The notes under the pieces are model-generated. The model worked only from the letters and a program-made list of their open reading frames with translations. It ran no database searches and was not told the origin of the DNA. Below are positions 30,242-39,200 of a stretch of 64,000 nt of DNA, one piece after another (position 1 is the first letter of the stretch; the number at the start of each line of letters is the position of its first letter). Origin of the DNA: a virus; the IMG/VR virus record IMGVR_UViG_3300023116_000009, positions 32,001 to 96,000 of that record; one strand, given 5' to 3'. The translations under genes were made by a program, and so were the position numbers.

Positions 30242-30865
30242 ATGTCATACTTTAACAGAATCCCAGACATTCTTTACTTAAAATACGACAAAAATCCATA
30301 TGATGGAACTTATATTCGTATCAAAAACATTTTTGGTCGAATTAAGGTTGTCGATGACGTTTTAGCGGGATCAACCGTTTTTAACGACTATTTTGTCTCT
30401 GATGAGGAGCGACCAGATACCATTTCTTTTGATTATTATGGAGATCCTGGTTATGATTGGGTCATTATGCTGATAAACAATATCAGAAACTTGTACGAGG
30501 ATTGGCCAAGGAATACACTTTCTCTAAATGAGTACATCAATAAAAAATACGTAGATCCTGACGCTATCCACCATTACGAAACCGTAGAACAGTTATTTAA
30601 AGGAAGAACCATTTTAAATGGTGGTATTGAAGTTGGAGAATCCTTCAGATTCATCGATCCACTTGGAAATCAAAGAACTGCAGCAGAATCCAGGATTGGG
30701 GTAACCAACTATTTGTACGAAACCCGCAGAAATGACGAAAAAAAGCAAATCTACATTTTGAAACCAGAATTGCTAGAGGACTTTTTAAACATCTTTGAGA
30801 AAGAGATGAAATTTACCCCTAGCACTGAATTCGTCACAGAATCTTTAAAACTGTCAAATAATTAA
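30242..30865 (+). CDS. gp53: Baseplate wedge subunit gp53
   Basis: MSYFNRIPDI...ERPDTISFDYYGDPGYDWVIMLIN...IHHYET. Confidence 0.9.
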   Translation: MSYFNRIPDILYLKYDKNPYDGTYIRIKNIFGRIKVVDDVLAGSTVFNDYFVSDEERPDTISFDYYGDPGYDWVIMLINNIRNLYEDWPRNTLSLNEYINKKYVDPDAIHHYETVEQLFKGRTILNGGIEVGESFRFIDPLGNQRTAAESRIGVTNYLYETRRNDEKKQIYILKPELLEDFLNIFEKEMKFTPSTEFVTESLKLSNN

Positions 30866-31191
30866 TCACGTTGTCTCCAATCATCAGGTTTGTCTTGTTT
30901 GAACCACTCTACAATTTCATCTGCACTTTCAAATTTGCTTTTGTGGTTTGATGGGTCTGGGTCTCCTAGACCCATTTTGTTCATGAAATCGTCCAGAGAA
31001 CCTTCTTCTGCTGGATTTGCCGCAATGCGTCTTGCCCTTGTGAGCATTTCTCTAGCAGACCCATTCGCCTTTGCTAACTTGTCTGCCCAAATCATGTCCT
31101 CAAGTTGAACCTCTTCTCCATTTACAATTCTAGAACAAATAAACTCCAGACGGAGGCGATACTGCGTCGATAACATAAAAATGCCCACCAT
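30862..31191 (-). CDS. Conserved cyanophage hypothetical protein
   Basis: MLSTQYRLRLEFIC...DFMNKMGLGDPDPSNH...WRQRD; start probably at the second Met. Confidence 0.75.
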   Translation of the reverse strand: MVGIFMLSTQYRLRLEFICSRIVNGEEVQLEDMIWADKLAKANGSAREMLTRARRIAANPAEEGSLDDFMNKMGLGDPDPSNHKSKFESADEIVEWFKQDKPDDWRQRD

Positions 31192-31288
31192 TACTGGATT
31201 ATTTATGATCGACCCTTTTGACCAAATTTTTGGCGGGATTTTTTTCCCGACTTTTTTGTAACTAAAAAGTGATTTTCGTTTTGGGACA

Positions 31289-31319
31289 AAAAAAAGGGAT
31301 CCTTTTCAGGACCCCCTTC
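31289..31319 (-). terminator. Intrinsic terminator after gp32
   Basis: GAAGGGGTCC-loop-GGATCCC hairpin followed by a T run. Confidence 0.7.
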
Positions 31320-31323
31320 TCTA

Positions 31324-32226
31324 TCAGAACTCTTCGTTGGCGAGAGAGTCGAAGTAACTGTAGGTGTCGTCACTAGCGTTGGCAGCAACAGCAGTCAACT
31401 CTTGCTTCAACTCTTGAGGCACAGGAGGTGCTTCATAGCGAGGAGTAGGAGCACCGAAGTCCATCTCTTCATCACGAACTTCAGCAGCAACAGGACGACC
31501 ACTCAGCACAGCATTGAGTCGTGCCTGAAGTTCAGCATACGTTTTGAAACTCTTTGCGTCGGTGAACTCACGAAGGTCGTGGAGTTGATCATAGATCTGC
31601 TTCAGTTCAGCATCACCAAATCCACCAAGGACAGAGGGACGAGCAAAGGAAGAAGAATCGTAGTTCCAGAAACCAGCAACCTTCTTGATACGCAGGTTGA
31701 AATCAGCACCTTGCCAGAAGTCAAATGGATCAATTGATTCTTGATCACCAAACTCAGGTTGCATTGCTTCGTTGATCTTATCAAAGATCTTCTTGCCAAA
31801 CTTGTAAAGCATAACCTTGCCTTCGTTCTGAGGATTGGCAGGATCCTTGAGAACATAGATGTTTGCATAGTAAGACAGTTTACGCTTCTGCTTACGAGCA
31901 ACTTCTTTATCGCTATCAAGTCCACTATTCCAGAGTTGACGATTCAGTTCTGCAATAGGATCTTGCTGTCCAATGGTGGTGAGAGAGTTCTCAATGTACC
32001 AACCACCAGGACCCTGGAAGGCATGGGACCAGACCTTTGCCCATGGCAGTTCATTGCCCTCTGCCACAGGGAGGAAGCGAATTACAGCACTACCGACGTT
32101 ATCTTTGCCCATGGCAGGTTTCCAGATGCGATCGTCGATATAACCTGATTTACCTTCAGTTTTGTTCAGTTCTGCGGTCAACTTGCTGAGCAGGGAACCT
32201 TTGGACTTCAGGGATTCGAAAGACAT
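31324..32226 (-). CDS. gp32: Single-stranded DNA-binding protein gp32
   Basis: AVIRFLP...WYIENSLTTIG...KRKLSYYANI...DPFDFWQGADF. Confidence 0.95.
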   Translation of the reverse strand: MSFESLKSKGSLLSKLTAELNKTEGKSGYIDDRIWKPAMGKDNVGSAVIRFLPVAEGNELPWAKVWSHAFQGPGGWYIENSLTTIGQQDPIAELNRQLWNSGLDSDKEVARKQKRKLSYYANIYVLKDPANPQNEGKVMLYKFGKKIFDKINEAMQPEFGDQESIDPFDFWQGADFNLRIKKVAGFWNYDSSSFARPSVLGGFGDAELKQIYDQLHDLREFTDAKSFKTYAELQARLNAVLSGRPVAAEVRDEEMDFGAPTPRYEAPPVPQELKQELTAVAANASDDTYSYFDSLANEEF

Positions 32227-32279
32227 TTGTATTCTCCGTATTAGTTGGATTGGTTGGATTGTGTCGTATTGACTGGATT

Positions 32280-32308
32280 ATCATAGCAAGGGGGGAGGGT
32301 CTTGTCAA
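32280..32308 (-). promoter_or_regulatory. Sigma70-like promoter for gp32
   Basis: TTGACA-N17-TATGAT. Confidence 0.75.
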
Positions 32309-32652
32309 CCCTCTTCTGCTTCAAGAGTTTCTCTGAGGGAATCGACCGCTTGCTTGGCAAGACGAAACACCTCTGGTCCTACTTGACTGGTAGGTATTCC
32401 CATTTGCTTGGCAGCAATTCGGAAATTCTCCTTCACCATTTCACTGTCATCATCATCTGAAAGCATGACCCTAGTATATAGTATCTGTTGTTTTTCGACA
32501 AGAGTATCCATGTCGTCAAACATTTGCAACTTCTCTTCCTTTGAAAGATCTGCAAAGCGATACATTTTTTGAGTCACATCTCGATACAATCGATACATGA
32601 CTTCTGCTTCTCTTTTAACTATCTCCGAAGAGAATAAATTCTTATCATTCAT
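32305..32652 (-). CDS. Hypothetical protein (DUF1825-like)
   Basis: FSSEIV...LVEKQQILYTRVMLSDD pattern. Confidence 0.7.
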   Translation of the reverse strand: MNDKNLFSSEIVKREAEVMYRLYRDVTQKMYRFADLSKEEKLQMFDDMDTLVEKQQILYTRVMLSDDDDSEMVKENFRIAAKQMGIPTSQVGPEVFRLAKQAVDSLRETLEAEEG

Positions 32653-33230
32653 AAGTGTTCTGCTACAATTTGTTTTGCTTTTGAAGTTTCATAGTTGACG
32701 AAGGGATCATACTTCTTTATCATTTTTGACATGCGTTTCCAAATCACATCATCACCAATAATTGTATCATACCTACTGGCAAAATTGGTAATCCTATTTA
32801 AAAGAACCAATGTCTCTAGCATAATATGACCACCAAGGTACATCCTCAATGCCTTTGAATGAGTGCCCCTCTCACATTGAAGCGACTTATTAAGGGACTC
32901 ACATTCATTCATAATATTTTCCAAATCCGTCTTGAACAAATAAGTTATACTCTGCTGCCTTCTTTTCCACTCAACTAAATTTGAGGGATTCATATTTTTA
33001 ATATAGAAGTTAGAGTTAACTACAAAATTTGATACAAAAAATTCTACGACATCATTTTCATTGTACTGTCCACCAAGACGTTCAAAGAAATAGATGTCGT
33101 TTCTTTTTTGAAAAGATTCTTTTGAAACTCTGTTGAGTTTAGTTTTTTCATACCGAAAATAATCGTACCTGTCCGTTGTAAAATGTGTTTTAATTGCAAC
33201 GTAGGTAAGATACACTTCAAAAGCAGACAT
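32649..33230 (-). CDS. gp59: Helicase loader gp59
   Basis: MSAFEVYLTYVAIKTHFT..YDYFRY...KRNDIYFFE. Confidence 0.9.
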   Translation of the reverse strand: MSAFEVYLTYVAIKTHFTTDRYDYFRYEKTKLNRVSKESFQKRNDIYFFERLGGQYNENDVVEFFVSNFVVNSNFYIKNMNPSNLVEWKRRQQSITYLFKTDLENIMNECESLNKSLQCERGTHSKALRMYLGGHIMLETLVLLNRITNFASRYDTIIGDDVIWKRMSKMIKKYDPFVNYETSKAKQIVAEHL

Positions 33231-33232
33231 AA

Positions 33233-33520
33233 TTAAATAGGAAGTACACCTCTGGTTGTTTTCTTGATGTAGTTGAGGCGGGTTGCCTCTGCTTTAATTT
33301 TTTCTTTCAATGACGGTGCGATCAACTTAACAACGGACTCAACTTCAAGGTCTTTTGCCTCACAGAAATCTACGATAGCATCAATATAGTTGAGTGTTTT
33401 ATTGCTGTCTTTCACAATGTTTTCAATTGTCATTGAAAACTTATTCTTATCCATAAAGTTGTCATCAATTAACTGATCAATGTTTTTGTTTGGTTTAATG
33501 GGCATCTCTGTACTCTGCAA
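33233..33520 (-). CDS. gp33: Late promoter transcription coactivator gp33
   Basis: FSMTIE...LNYIDAIVDFCE...ESVVKLI...LKEKIKAEA..LN. Confidence 0.85.
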   Translation of the reverse strand: MQSTEMPIKPNKNIDQLIDDNFMDKNKFSMTIENIVKDSNKTLNYIDAIVDFCEAKDLEVESVVKLIAPSLKEKIKAEATRLNYIKKTTRGVLPI

Positions 33521-34154
33521 TGTAATCTTTTAGCAGAGGCACATAATCGTCAGGATTTTTGATGAACACTTGGGTCTCCCCGTTTTGGCATGTAATTAGG
33601 GTGACAATTTGCTCGACCCTAATGCCAGACCTTTCTTCATACATCTTAGCATACCCTGTCTCTTGAACAAAGTAGTTCTCAATCCAGGATTCTTGCTTCT
33701 CTTTTGATGATGTCTTAAAGTCAATGATAGACAAGACATCATCAAATTCAGCAATGCAATCTACTCGTCCAGCAATACCAAACTCGTGACTGTATAAAGG
33801 TGCCTCTTGAAAGTGAATGTTGTTAATACGATTAAACATGGACTTTGCCTGTTTAAACAGTAACAACGCAAGATACTTATCTTTGTACCTTTCTAAGTCA
33901 AGATTATTGTTTAGATAATCTTCCACAATACTATGTAGCGAGGTTCCAACTAACGCTGCACGAGTTGAGATCTTGTTTGCTTCTTCTGCACCTACTCTAC
34001 TCCTCCACTCTGCAATTGATTTGCGTTTGCGGAAGGAGCAGATGGTGGAGATTGAAGGATAATTCTCTTCACCTACGGCATACACCCTTTTCCCTTCGAC
34101 AGTAGTTGCTTTAATGTCTTCAAGGATGACGCCCATATCAACGTGATTAAACAT
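33495..34154 (-). CDS. PD-(D/E)XK exonuclease (Cas4-like)
   Basis: YPSISTI...GTSLH...AGRVDCI...IIDFKTS...YFVQ..GYA. Confidence 0.85.
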   Translation of the reverse strand: MFNHVDMGVILEDIKATTVEGKRVYAVGEENYPSISTICSFRKRKSIAEWRSRVGAEEANKISTRAALVGTSLHSIVEDYLNNNLDLERYKDKYLALLLFKQAKSMFNRINNIHFQEAPLYSHEFGIAGRVDCIAEFDDVLSIIDFKTSSKEKQESWIENYFVQETGYAKMYEERSGIRVEQIVTLITCQNGETQVFIKNPDDYVPLLKDYIAEYRDAH

Positions 34155-34909
34155 TAAGCAAACCCCAAATGCATTTTACTAAGAATGTAACTCTTGATGA
34201 GACCACTTCTCACAATATCATTGACATCAAATTCAATGCTTGCAAACTCATCCATAACCTCAAGAATCTTCATGAAATCAAGGATGCCATTCTTTTCGTT
34301 GGTCTTAACCAAGTCAGTTTGAAGTGCATCACCTGCAAAAATAATCTTACAATCAGTACCCACACGAGTGATGATTGAATCTAATTCATGGAAGTTTAGA
34401 TTCTGTGCTTCGTCCACAATGACAATAGCATTGTCTAAAGTTGTGCCACGAAGGAATGAAGTGCTCCAGAATGAGACAGTTTCCTGTGCCTTTAGATTAT
34501 CATACAGCATATTGTACGCTGGATCATCAGGCATCTTGAACATGTGTTCAACCATGTTCTTGTAAGGAATTTGATACAAGTTTGACTTGTCATCATGATC
34601 TCCTGGAAGGAAACCAATCTCTCTAGTAGGAACCAAAGAGCGGACAATGTACAGTTTTTCATAAGGAGAAGTTCCTGAGAGAATCTCCTTCAATGCAAGG
34701 TACATAGCAATAAAGGTTTTACCAGTACCAGCACAACCATACAGGAACAAATGCTTGCCTGCTTCATATGCTTCATATGCCTTTTCCTGATTCTCAGTAA
34801 GAGGTGGTAGATCCTTAAGTTGATCAATGTTGATGGGTTTCTTACGTCTCATTTGCTTAGGAGTACTATTAACAAAATCGAACTGGTTGTCCTTTCTTCT
34901 TCTGGGCAT
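34154..34909 (-). CDS. phoH: PhoH family protein
   Basis: GCAGTGKT, IGFLPG, SFLRGTT, DEAQN, GDxxQ motifs. Confidence 0.95.
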   Translation of the reverse strand: MPRRRKDNQFDFVNSTPKQMRRKKPINIDQLKDLPPLTENQEKAYEAYEAGKHLFLYGCAGTGKTFIAMYLALKEILSGTSPYEKLYIVRSLVPTREIGFLPGDHDDKSNLYQIPYKNMVEHMFKMPDDPAYNMLYDNLKAQETVSFWSTSFLRGTTLDNAIVIVDEAQNLNFHELDSIITRVGTDCKIIFAGDALQTDLVKTNEKNGILDFMKILEVMDEFASIEFDVNDIVRSGLIKSYILSKMHLGFA

Positions 34910-34915
34910 ACGTGT

Positions 34916-35149
34916 TTAAGGAGGAGTAATAGTAGAACCGTAGTTTGCTTTCTTGATTGACTTCAGAACATCTCTGAAACCATCAGGAACTTTGTTTCGG
35001 ATACCTGCATCAGCAACAACTCCAGGGAAGTTTCCATGATACTGTTCCAGATGAGGATTATCTTGCTTGTATTTATCGAGCTCAGTGAAACTCATGCGAA
35101 CTTCAATGATCTCTCCTGTTTCCTTGTTCCTAAAATCATACAGGGGCAT
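34916..35149 (-). CDS. Small FmdB-like protein, 77 aa
   Basis: MPLYDFRNKETGE...KVPDGFRDVLKSIKK; ATG at 35149. Confidence 0.7.
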   Translation of the reverse strand: MPLYDFRNKETGEIIEVRMSFTELDKYKQDNPHLEQYHGNFPGVVADAGIRNKVPDGFRDVLKSIKKANYGSTITPP

Positions 35150-35798
35150 TGTTTTCTCCGTGTGTTGTCCACCCCATTGCCTCAGCAACAATAGGGAATT
35201 GACCTGCAAAGATGCACTTACATTCGTTTGCAATGTCCATATGTTCTTTCTGTGTACCGTGAGCAGAACGCAACTCGATATAATGGATCCATGAACGCAC
35301 AGATCCCGTCATGTAAATACGAGTTGGCGTTGCCAAAGGCAATACAAAACGGGCACACTCTTTTGCAATTCCTTTGTCAAGCATGTTCTTGTAGAGATCC
35401 ATAGCAGAAGCAAAGTGCTTCTGGATCTCAATCTGAAACTGCTGCTTTGTAAAGTCGTCGATGTCGTCAATAGAATTCTGACGGTTCTTTGTATCCTGAC
35501 GACGAAGATCAAAGAGAGGAATCTCTTCAGCAAGCAGAGAAGAATCTGCGTAGCGTTGTGAGAATTCTTGATATGTAAATGAGCGATGTCGGAGTATCTG
35601 AGCTGCCAGTCCCCTGGTGGTCTCGATCTCAAGCGTCATATGCGCCTGCTCAAAGACGCTCCAATGCCCGTGTTTAATGCAGTAGGACAAAAGACCCGCA
35701 ACCTTTGGATTATCCTGGTTGTTGGGGTTGCTAACACGTGCTACATACCCCATCGTCTTTTCAGCATCAGGGGTAACTGAAATCAATTTAACTTGCAT
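35136..35798 (-). CDS. thyX: Flavin-dependent thymidylate synthase
   Basis: HWSVFEQ...RHRSFTYQEFSQRY...ARFVLP...GSVRSWIHY. Confidence 0.97.
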   Translation of the reverse strand: MQVKLISVTPDAEKTMGYVARVSNPNNQDNPKVAGLLSYCIKHGHWSVFEQAHMTLEIETTRGLAAQILRHRSFTYQEFSQRYADSSLLAEEIPLFDLRRQDTKNRQNSIDDIDDFTKQQFQIEIQKHFASAMDLYKNMLDKGIAKECARFVLPLATPTRIYMTGSVRSWIHYIELRSAHGTQKEHMDIANECKCIFAGQFPIVAEAMGWTTHGENNAPV

Positions 35799-36057
35799 AA
35801 TACGTTTGATAATACTTTACAATACCATTAGGAAGTGCATGTCCTTGGGAAACCCAATCATTACAGCATTCAGTAATTGACTGCATACTGTAACGGGGTT
35901 CACCGTTTTCATCGGTCAACCCACCAAATCGATTGAGAAGGATGTTGTAAACTTCTTGGCGTAATTCCATACGCTCATCGTTGTAGCGCCAATCTTCATT
36001 CATTTTTTCTTGGGTTTGGAGTTGTTCCATAACTTCGGGTTTATCATACCATACCAT
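35788..36057 (-). CDS. Hypothetical protein
   Basis: ORF track; coupled to thyX; start uncertain. Confidence 0.6.
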   Translation of the reverse strand: MVWYDKPEVMEQLQTQEKMNEDWRYNDERMELRQEVYNILLNRFGGLTDENGEPRYSMQSITECCNDWVSQGHALPNGIVKYYQTYYAS

Positions 36058-36410
36058 GGATCCATATGCAAGATCTTTCCACCAATAGGATTTAGCATAT
36101 CATAGTAGGCATCAAAAACAATGACCATCTTAGGTCCCCTTACGTGGTCATGGATAACTCTACCATCCAGTTCATACGTAATAAGAATAGCGTCTGATGG
36201 CCATTGTTTTTTATTAATATCTGACGGAACGCATTGATGATTGAAAATTTCCACGCCATACCTAGAGCGTAGAAATTTCTTATCAGATTCAGTCAGTCCT
36301 TGTTGCATTGATGAGTTCTCTAATTCTGTTTTCACAGAATCCTGGGTTTGATAGTCGGACTCTGTGGAAAGTTTCTTGGACATTGTGCTCCTCCTGAATG
36401 CACTTTTCAA
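36000..36410 (-). CDS. Hypothetical protein
   Basis: ORF track; start uncertain. Confidence 0.6.
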   Translation of the reverse strand: MKSAFRRSTMSKKLSTESDYQTQDSVKTELENSSMQQGLTESDKKFLRSRYGVEIFNHQCVPSDINKKQWPSDAILITYELDGRVIHDHVRGPKMVIVFDAYYDMLNPIGGKILHMDPWYGMINPKLWNNSKPKKK

Positions 36411-36449
36411 TCATATAAATCACTCTGTCTTCATTGACAATACTAACCA

Positions 36450-36875
36450 TTATTCACTCCATTTGATTTCAGGAAATGCTTCTTTAACTACGGCATGAGT
36501 AATTCTAAATTTTGTCTGAAGGCAACCGTCCTTAGCAAGACATACAATGTCTGCTTCTGACTCATGAAGTCCTTCCAGGAGTTGAATGAACAGTTGCTCT
36601 CTCTTCATGCGAGAAAGGGTATTTGCTCCTTTAATGAATCGCCATAGATTACGTGCTTCCCTTTCAAGAACAGTATGTTCTGTACCAATAGGAGCATCGT
36701 TTCTATTAAATGGCACTTCACCTTCAGGAAGATCAGAACTAATGTTAGGATCAAAATTCCATTTCAAAATGGAGCGAAGTGCTTGTGAATTATTATCCCT
36801 AAGGATTTTAATCTTTTCTTGTTTGGTCTTGGCATTAGATGCCTTTTTAATAACTTCAGAAATCAAGAGTTTCAT
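36450..36875 (-). CDS. Conserved T4-like hypothetical protein
   Basis: MKLLISEV...LPEGEVPF...REQLFIQLLEGLH..EA. Confidence 0.8.
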   Translation of the reverse strand: MKLLISEVIKKASNAKTKQEKIKILRDNNSQALRSILKWNFDPNISSDLPEGEVPFNRNDAPIGTEHTVLEREARNLWRFIKGANTLSRMKREQLFIQLLEGLHESEADIVCLAKDGCLQTKFRITHAVVKEAFPEIKWSE

Positions 36876-36903
36876 AAGTAATACAAAGTGTCGTGTGTTT
36901 TAT

Positions 36904-37332
36904 TTAGTCGTCAGGGAATGGATCAGAATCAAAGGCGTCTGTAGGATCAAACTCTACGCTAATTAATTTAGCAACTTGGAATGGAATAGTATTGCCATCT
37001 TCATCCATCATCTCTGGATGTGGTGTAAAGGTGACTTCCTCTTCCTCCTCCTGATTTGCTAAGGTCTCCATAAACGTAGTGAAATATGCATGACCAAACC
37101 ATCCAAATAAAAATCCAATTAGTGCGCTTCCAACCGTAAATAACGTGGAAAATACTAGGATAACTGCTGTCGTCATCTTCTTGTCTCCTTCCTGGGATTT
37201 ATCCTCTATGGGTAAGTTAGGTTTCTTCCTCCTAAGACGCATGAACTCATCACCTTTATTTATGGGCAATTCCTGACTTTCGCTTTTTGATTGTGGTTCC
37301 AGGTTTTCTTCCTGGTCTTCGTTCTTTTTCAT
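36904..37332 (-). CDS. Membrane-anchored hypothetical protein
   Basis: Single hydrophobic helix plus HPEMMDEDG motif; real start may be MTTAV at 37176. Confidence 0.6.
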   Translation of the reverse strand: MKKNEDQEENLEPQSKSESQELPINKGDEFMRLRRKKPNLPIEDKSQEGDKKMTTAVILVFSTLFTVGSALIGFLFGWFGHAYFTTFMETLANQEEEEEVTFTPHPEMMDEDGNTIPFQVAKLISVEFDPTDAFDSDPFPDD

Positions 37333-37630
37333 ACTTCCATGCGTCTGTGAGAATTTTGTAAAGATAGTCCTTAATCTTTCTTGCTTGTGGTTTTGAAAGA
37401 TGACCGTATGCTTCCTTTGCGATTTTATCTTTACCCTTAATGTAAAGTTCTAACTCCAGTACGATGTTAGAAATACTGACAGCAGTAGGACTTTCAATAA
37501 ATGCGGTCACTTCTCTACGAGTGAACTTAGATGATTTCACATATGTGTAGAGATTAAATAGAAACTTTCCGTCAAAGGCAGCATCGATTGACTTTTCGAC
37601 GAGGACGTAAATTTCTTCGGTGGGTTCCAT
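37256..37630 (-). CDS. Conserved hypothetical protein
   Basis: VEKSIDAAFDGKF...EAYGHLSKPQARKIK..L. Confidence 0.75.
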   Translation of the reverse strand: MEPTEEIYVLVEKSIDAAFDGKFLFNLYTYVKSSKFTRREVTAFIESPTAVSISNIVLELELYIKGKDKIAKEAYGHLSKPQARKIKDYLYKILTDAWKYEKERRPGRKPGTTIKKRKSGIAHK

Positions 37631-37866
37631 TAGATAAGTTCGTTTTCTTGAAGGTAATGCAGTGTGTCTTTGAATCCTCCGATGTGTTTGGTGTTAATAG
37701 AAATCTGAGGGAACGTAGCACCCTCACCAAACTCAGCGTAAAACTCTTTCTTAGTAAAGTGTTTTTCGTACTTATACTCAGTGTATTTAACAGATAAATT
37801 ATCAAATAACATCTTGGCACGGTCGCACCACTGACAATTATCTTTTGAATAAAGAATGACTTCCAT
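37630..37866 (-). CDS. nrdC: Glutaredoxin
   Basis: CQWC...EFGEGATFPQI...IGGF; ATG at 37866. Confidence 0.85.
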   Translation of the reverse strand: MEVILYSKDNCQWCDRAKMLFDNLSVKYTEYKYEKHFTKKEFYAEFGEGATFPQISINTKHIGGFKDTLHYLQENELI

Positions 37867-37891
37867 GACCTCCAGGGGTAACTTCAAACAA

Positions 37892-37925
37892 GTATACCAA
37901 TAAAAAAGGGGGGTGTCAACCCCCC
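37892..37925 (-). promoter_or_regulatory. Combined intrinsic terminator and sigma70 promoter
   Basis: GGGGGG-TTGACA-CCCCCC-TTTTTT with TATACT 17 nt after the -35. Confidence 0.75.
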
Positions 37926-38122
37926 AGATCATTGACGATGCGTTTACATTCGTCTATGTTCTTTTTGCAAAAATTGCGAACATAAGAATCAGTATCTACT
38001 TCCATACTATGGTGAGCATGTGTGTGTATCAATTGAATAAAACAAAGAGACCCAAAAGTTATCAATACTAAATGACAAACTGGACTGCTTACACAACAGA
38101 ATAGATTCTTTTTAAAGTTCAT
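37916..38122 (-). CDS. Hypothetical protein, 68 aa
   Basis: ORF track. Confidence 0.5.
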   Translation of the reverse strand: MNFKKNLFCCVSSPVCHLVLITFGSLCFIQLIHTHAHHSMEVDTDSYVRNFCKKNIDECKRIVNDLGG

Positions 38123-38147
38123 AAAAAAAGGGGGTCATAAGACCCCC
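38123..38147 (-). terminator. Intrinsic terminator
   Basis: GGGGTC-TTAT-GACCCC hairpin followed by a T run. Confidence 0.8.
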
Positions 38148-38155
38148 AACAGAGA

Positions 38156-38521
38156 TCAGAAGGAGTACTTCAGACCAACCTTGGTTCCATAGTTGTTGTC
38201 ACCACCGTCAACGGTAGCGAATGAGATCTCACCATAGATACCCAGGGATTCGGTAGCAGCAACGCCAACACCTGCCTTACCAGAGAAAACAGTGCTGGTT
38301 TCACCACCATCAGGAGTGGCGATAGAAGGACCTGCTTGAGCGTACCAGGAAGCGGACTCACCCAGAGCACCTTCGTAACCGACGTGAAGGTCGGTGGTGG
38401 TGCCAGAGTAGTTGCTGCCGCTGAAACCAGAATTAGCTTCAACGTTCACATAAGGACCTGCCATTGCAGCGCCAGCGAAAAGGGGAGCAGCAGCCAGAGC
38501 TGCGAATGCGGATTTAATCAT
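38156..38521 (-). CDS. Outer-membrane beta-barrel-like protein, 121 aa
   Basis: Signal peptide (MIKSAFAALAAAPLFAGAAMA), alternating amphipathic strands, C-terminal Phe (KVGLKYSF). Confidence 0.7.
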   Translation of the reverse strand: MIKSAFAALAAAPLFAGAAMAGPYVNVEANSGFSGSNYSGTTTDLHVGYEGALGESASWYAQAGPSIATPDGGETSTVFSGKAGVGVAATESLGIYGEISFATVDGGDNNYGTKVGLKYSF

Positions 38522-38725
38522 TTGAAAATACCTCGTAGAATTTTTACTTGTGGAATGGTTACCCACAGATGTTGGTCGGATCGACTTCCAACGCTTGCTA
38601 ATCATAACAGATCCCGTTGCGAGTAATTGAGGCATTGGTGCTGTTATCCAACTGGCACATGTGACAGTTGTAATATATGTATACAAAAAGTATACAAATG
38701 TTAGGTAGTGATAACCACCTAACAA

Positions 38726-38810
38726 CGGAGAGTCAGGGATTCGAACCCTGGGAGGTGTGACCCTCGCTGGTTTTCAAGACCAGTGCCATAAACCACTCGA
38801 CCAACTCTCC
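38726..38810 (-). tRNA. tRNA-Ser(TGA)
   Basis: GGAGAGTTGGTCGAGTGGTTTATGGC...CTTGAAA...variable arm...GGTTCGAATCCC. Confidence 0.93.
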
Positions 38811-38812
38811 AG

Positions 38813-39049
38813 TCAGCGACGACTACAATAGTAACCGCCGCGAGGTTTGTCGGCACAAATCCAAACGTTTGTACCTGTATTGTTCCAATGTCTTACTGCG
38901 TTTGCAACAATGAAACAGTTAGTGACAAAATAAGTGAGAAGTATAAGAGTGCGTATACCAGCAACGATATTCGCCTCTTTGTCACTTCGTCCTTCTTTTC
39001 GTCCGAGTGCATAACTCCACAATCTCCATGCATTAGTCAGGATACCCAT
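38813..39049 (-). CDS. Small membrane protein, 78 aa
   Basis: WRLWSYALGRKEG..D.EAN.VA.IRTLI...NCFIVA. Confidence 0.65.
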   Translation of the reverse strand: MGILTNAWRLWSYALGRKEGRSDKEANIVAGIRTLILLTYFVTNCFIVANAVRHWNNTGTNVWICADKPRGGYYCSRR

Positions 39050-39191
39050 CATCATCGTCAAAGATTGGGGTGCATTTTGTGATGTCATCATAAGAAAGAT
39101 ACGATGTCTCATCAGAATAAACTTCTGATTCAATCTCGCTCACCAGTCGCTTAAGTTCTTTAAGCAACTCCTTTAATCTTACTCGATCCAT
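39033..39191 (-). CDS. Hypothetical protein, 52 aa (MDRVRLKELL...DDDDGYPD)
   Basis: Hand-translated. Confidence 0.65.
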   Translation of the reverse strand: MDRVRLKELLKELKRLVSEIESEVYSDETSYLSYDDITKCTPIFDDDDGYPD

Positions 39192-39200
39192 GCCCATTTG

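Noticed and set aside
33495-34154. Cas4-like nuclease as evidence of a CRISPR system
   Set aside because: No repeat-spacer array or other cas genes were seen. This exonuclease next to phoH is a standard T4-like cyanophage gene.
38522-38725. N-terminal extension of the 189-aa ORF in the ORF track
   Set aside because: The signal peptide begins at the Met at 38521. The upstream part is palindromic leader or terminator sequence.
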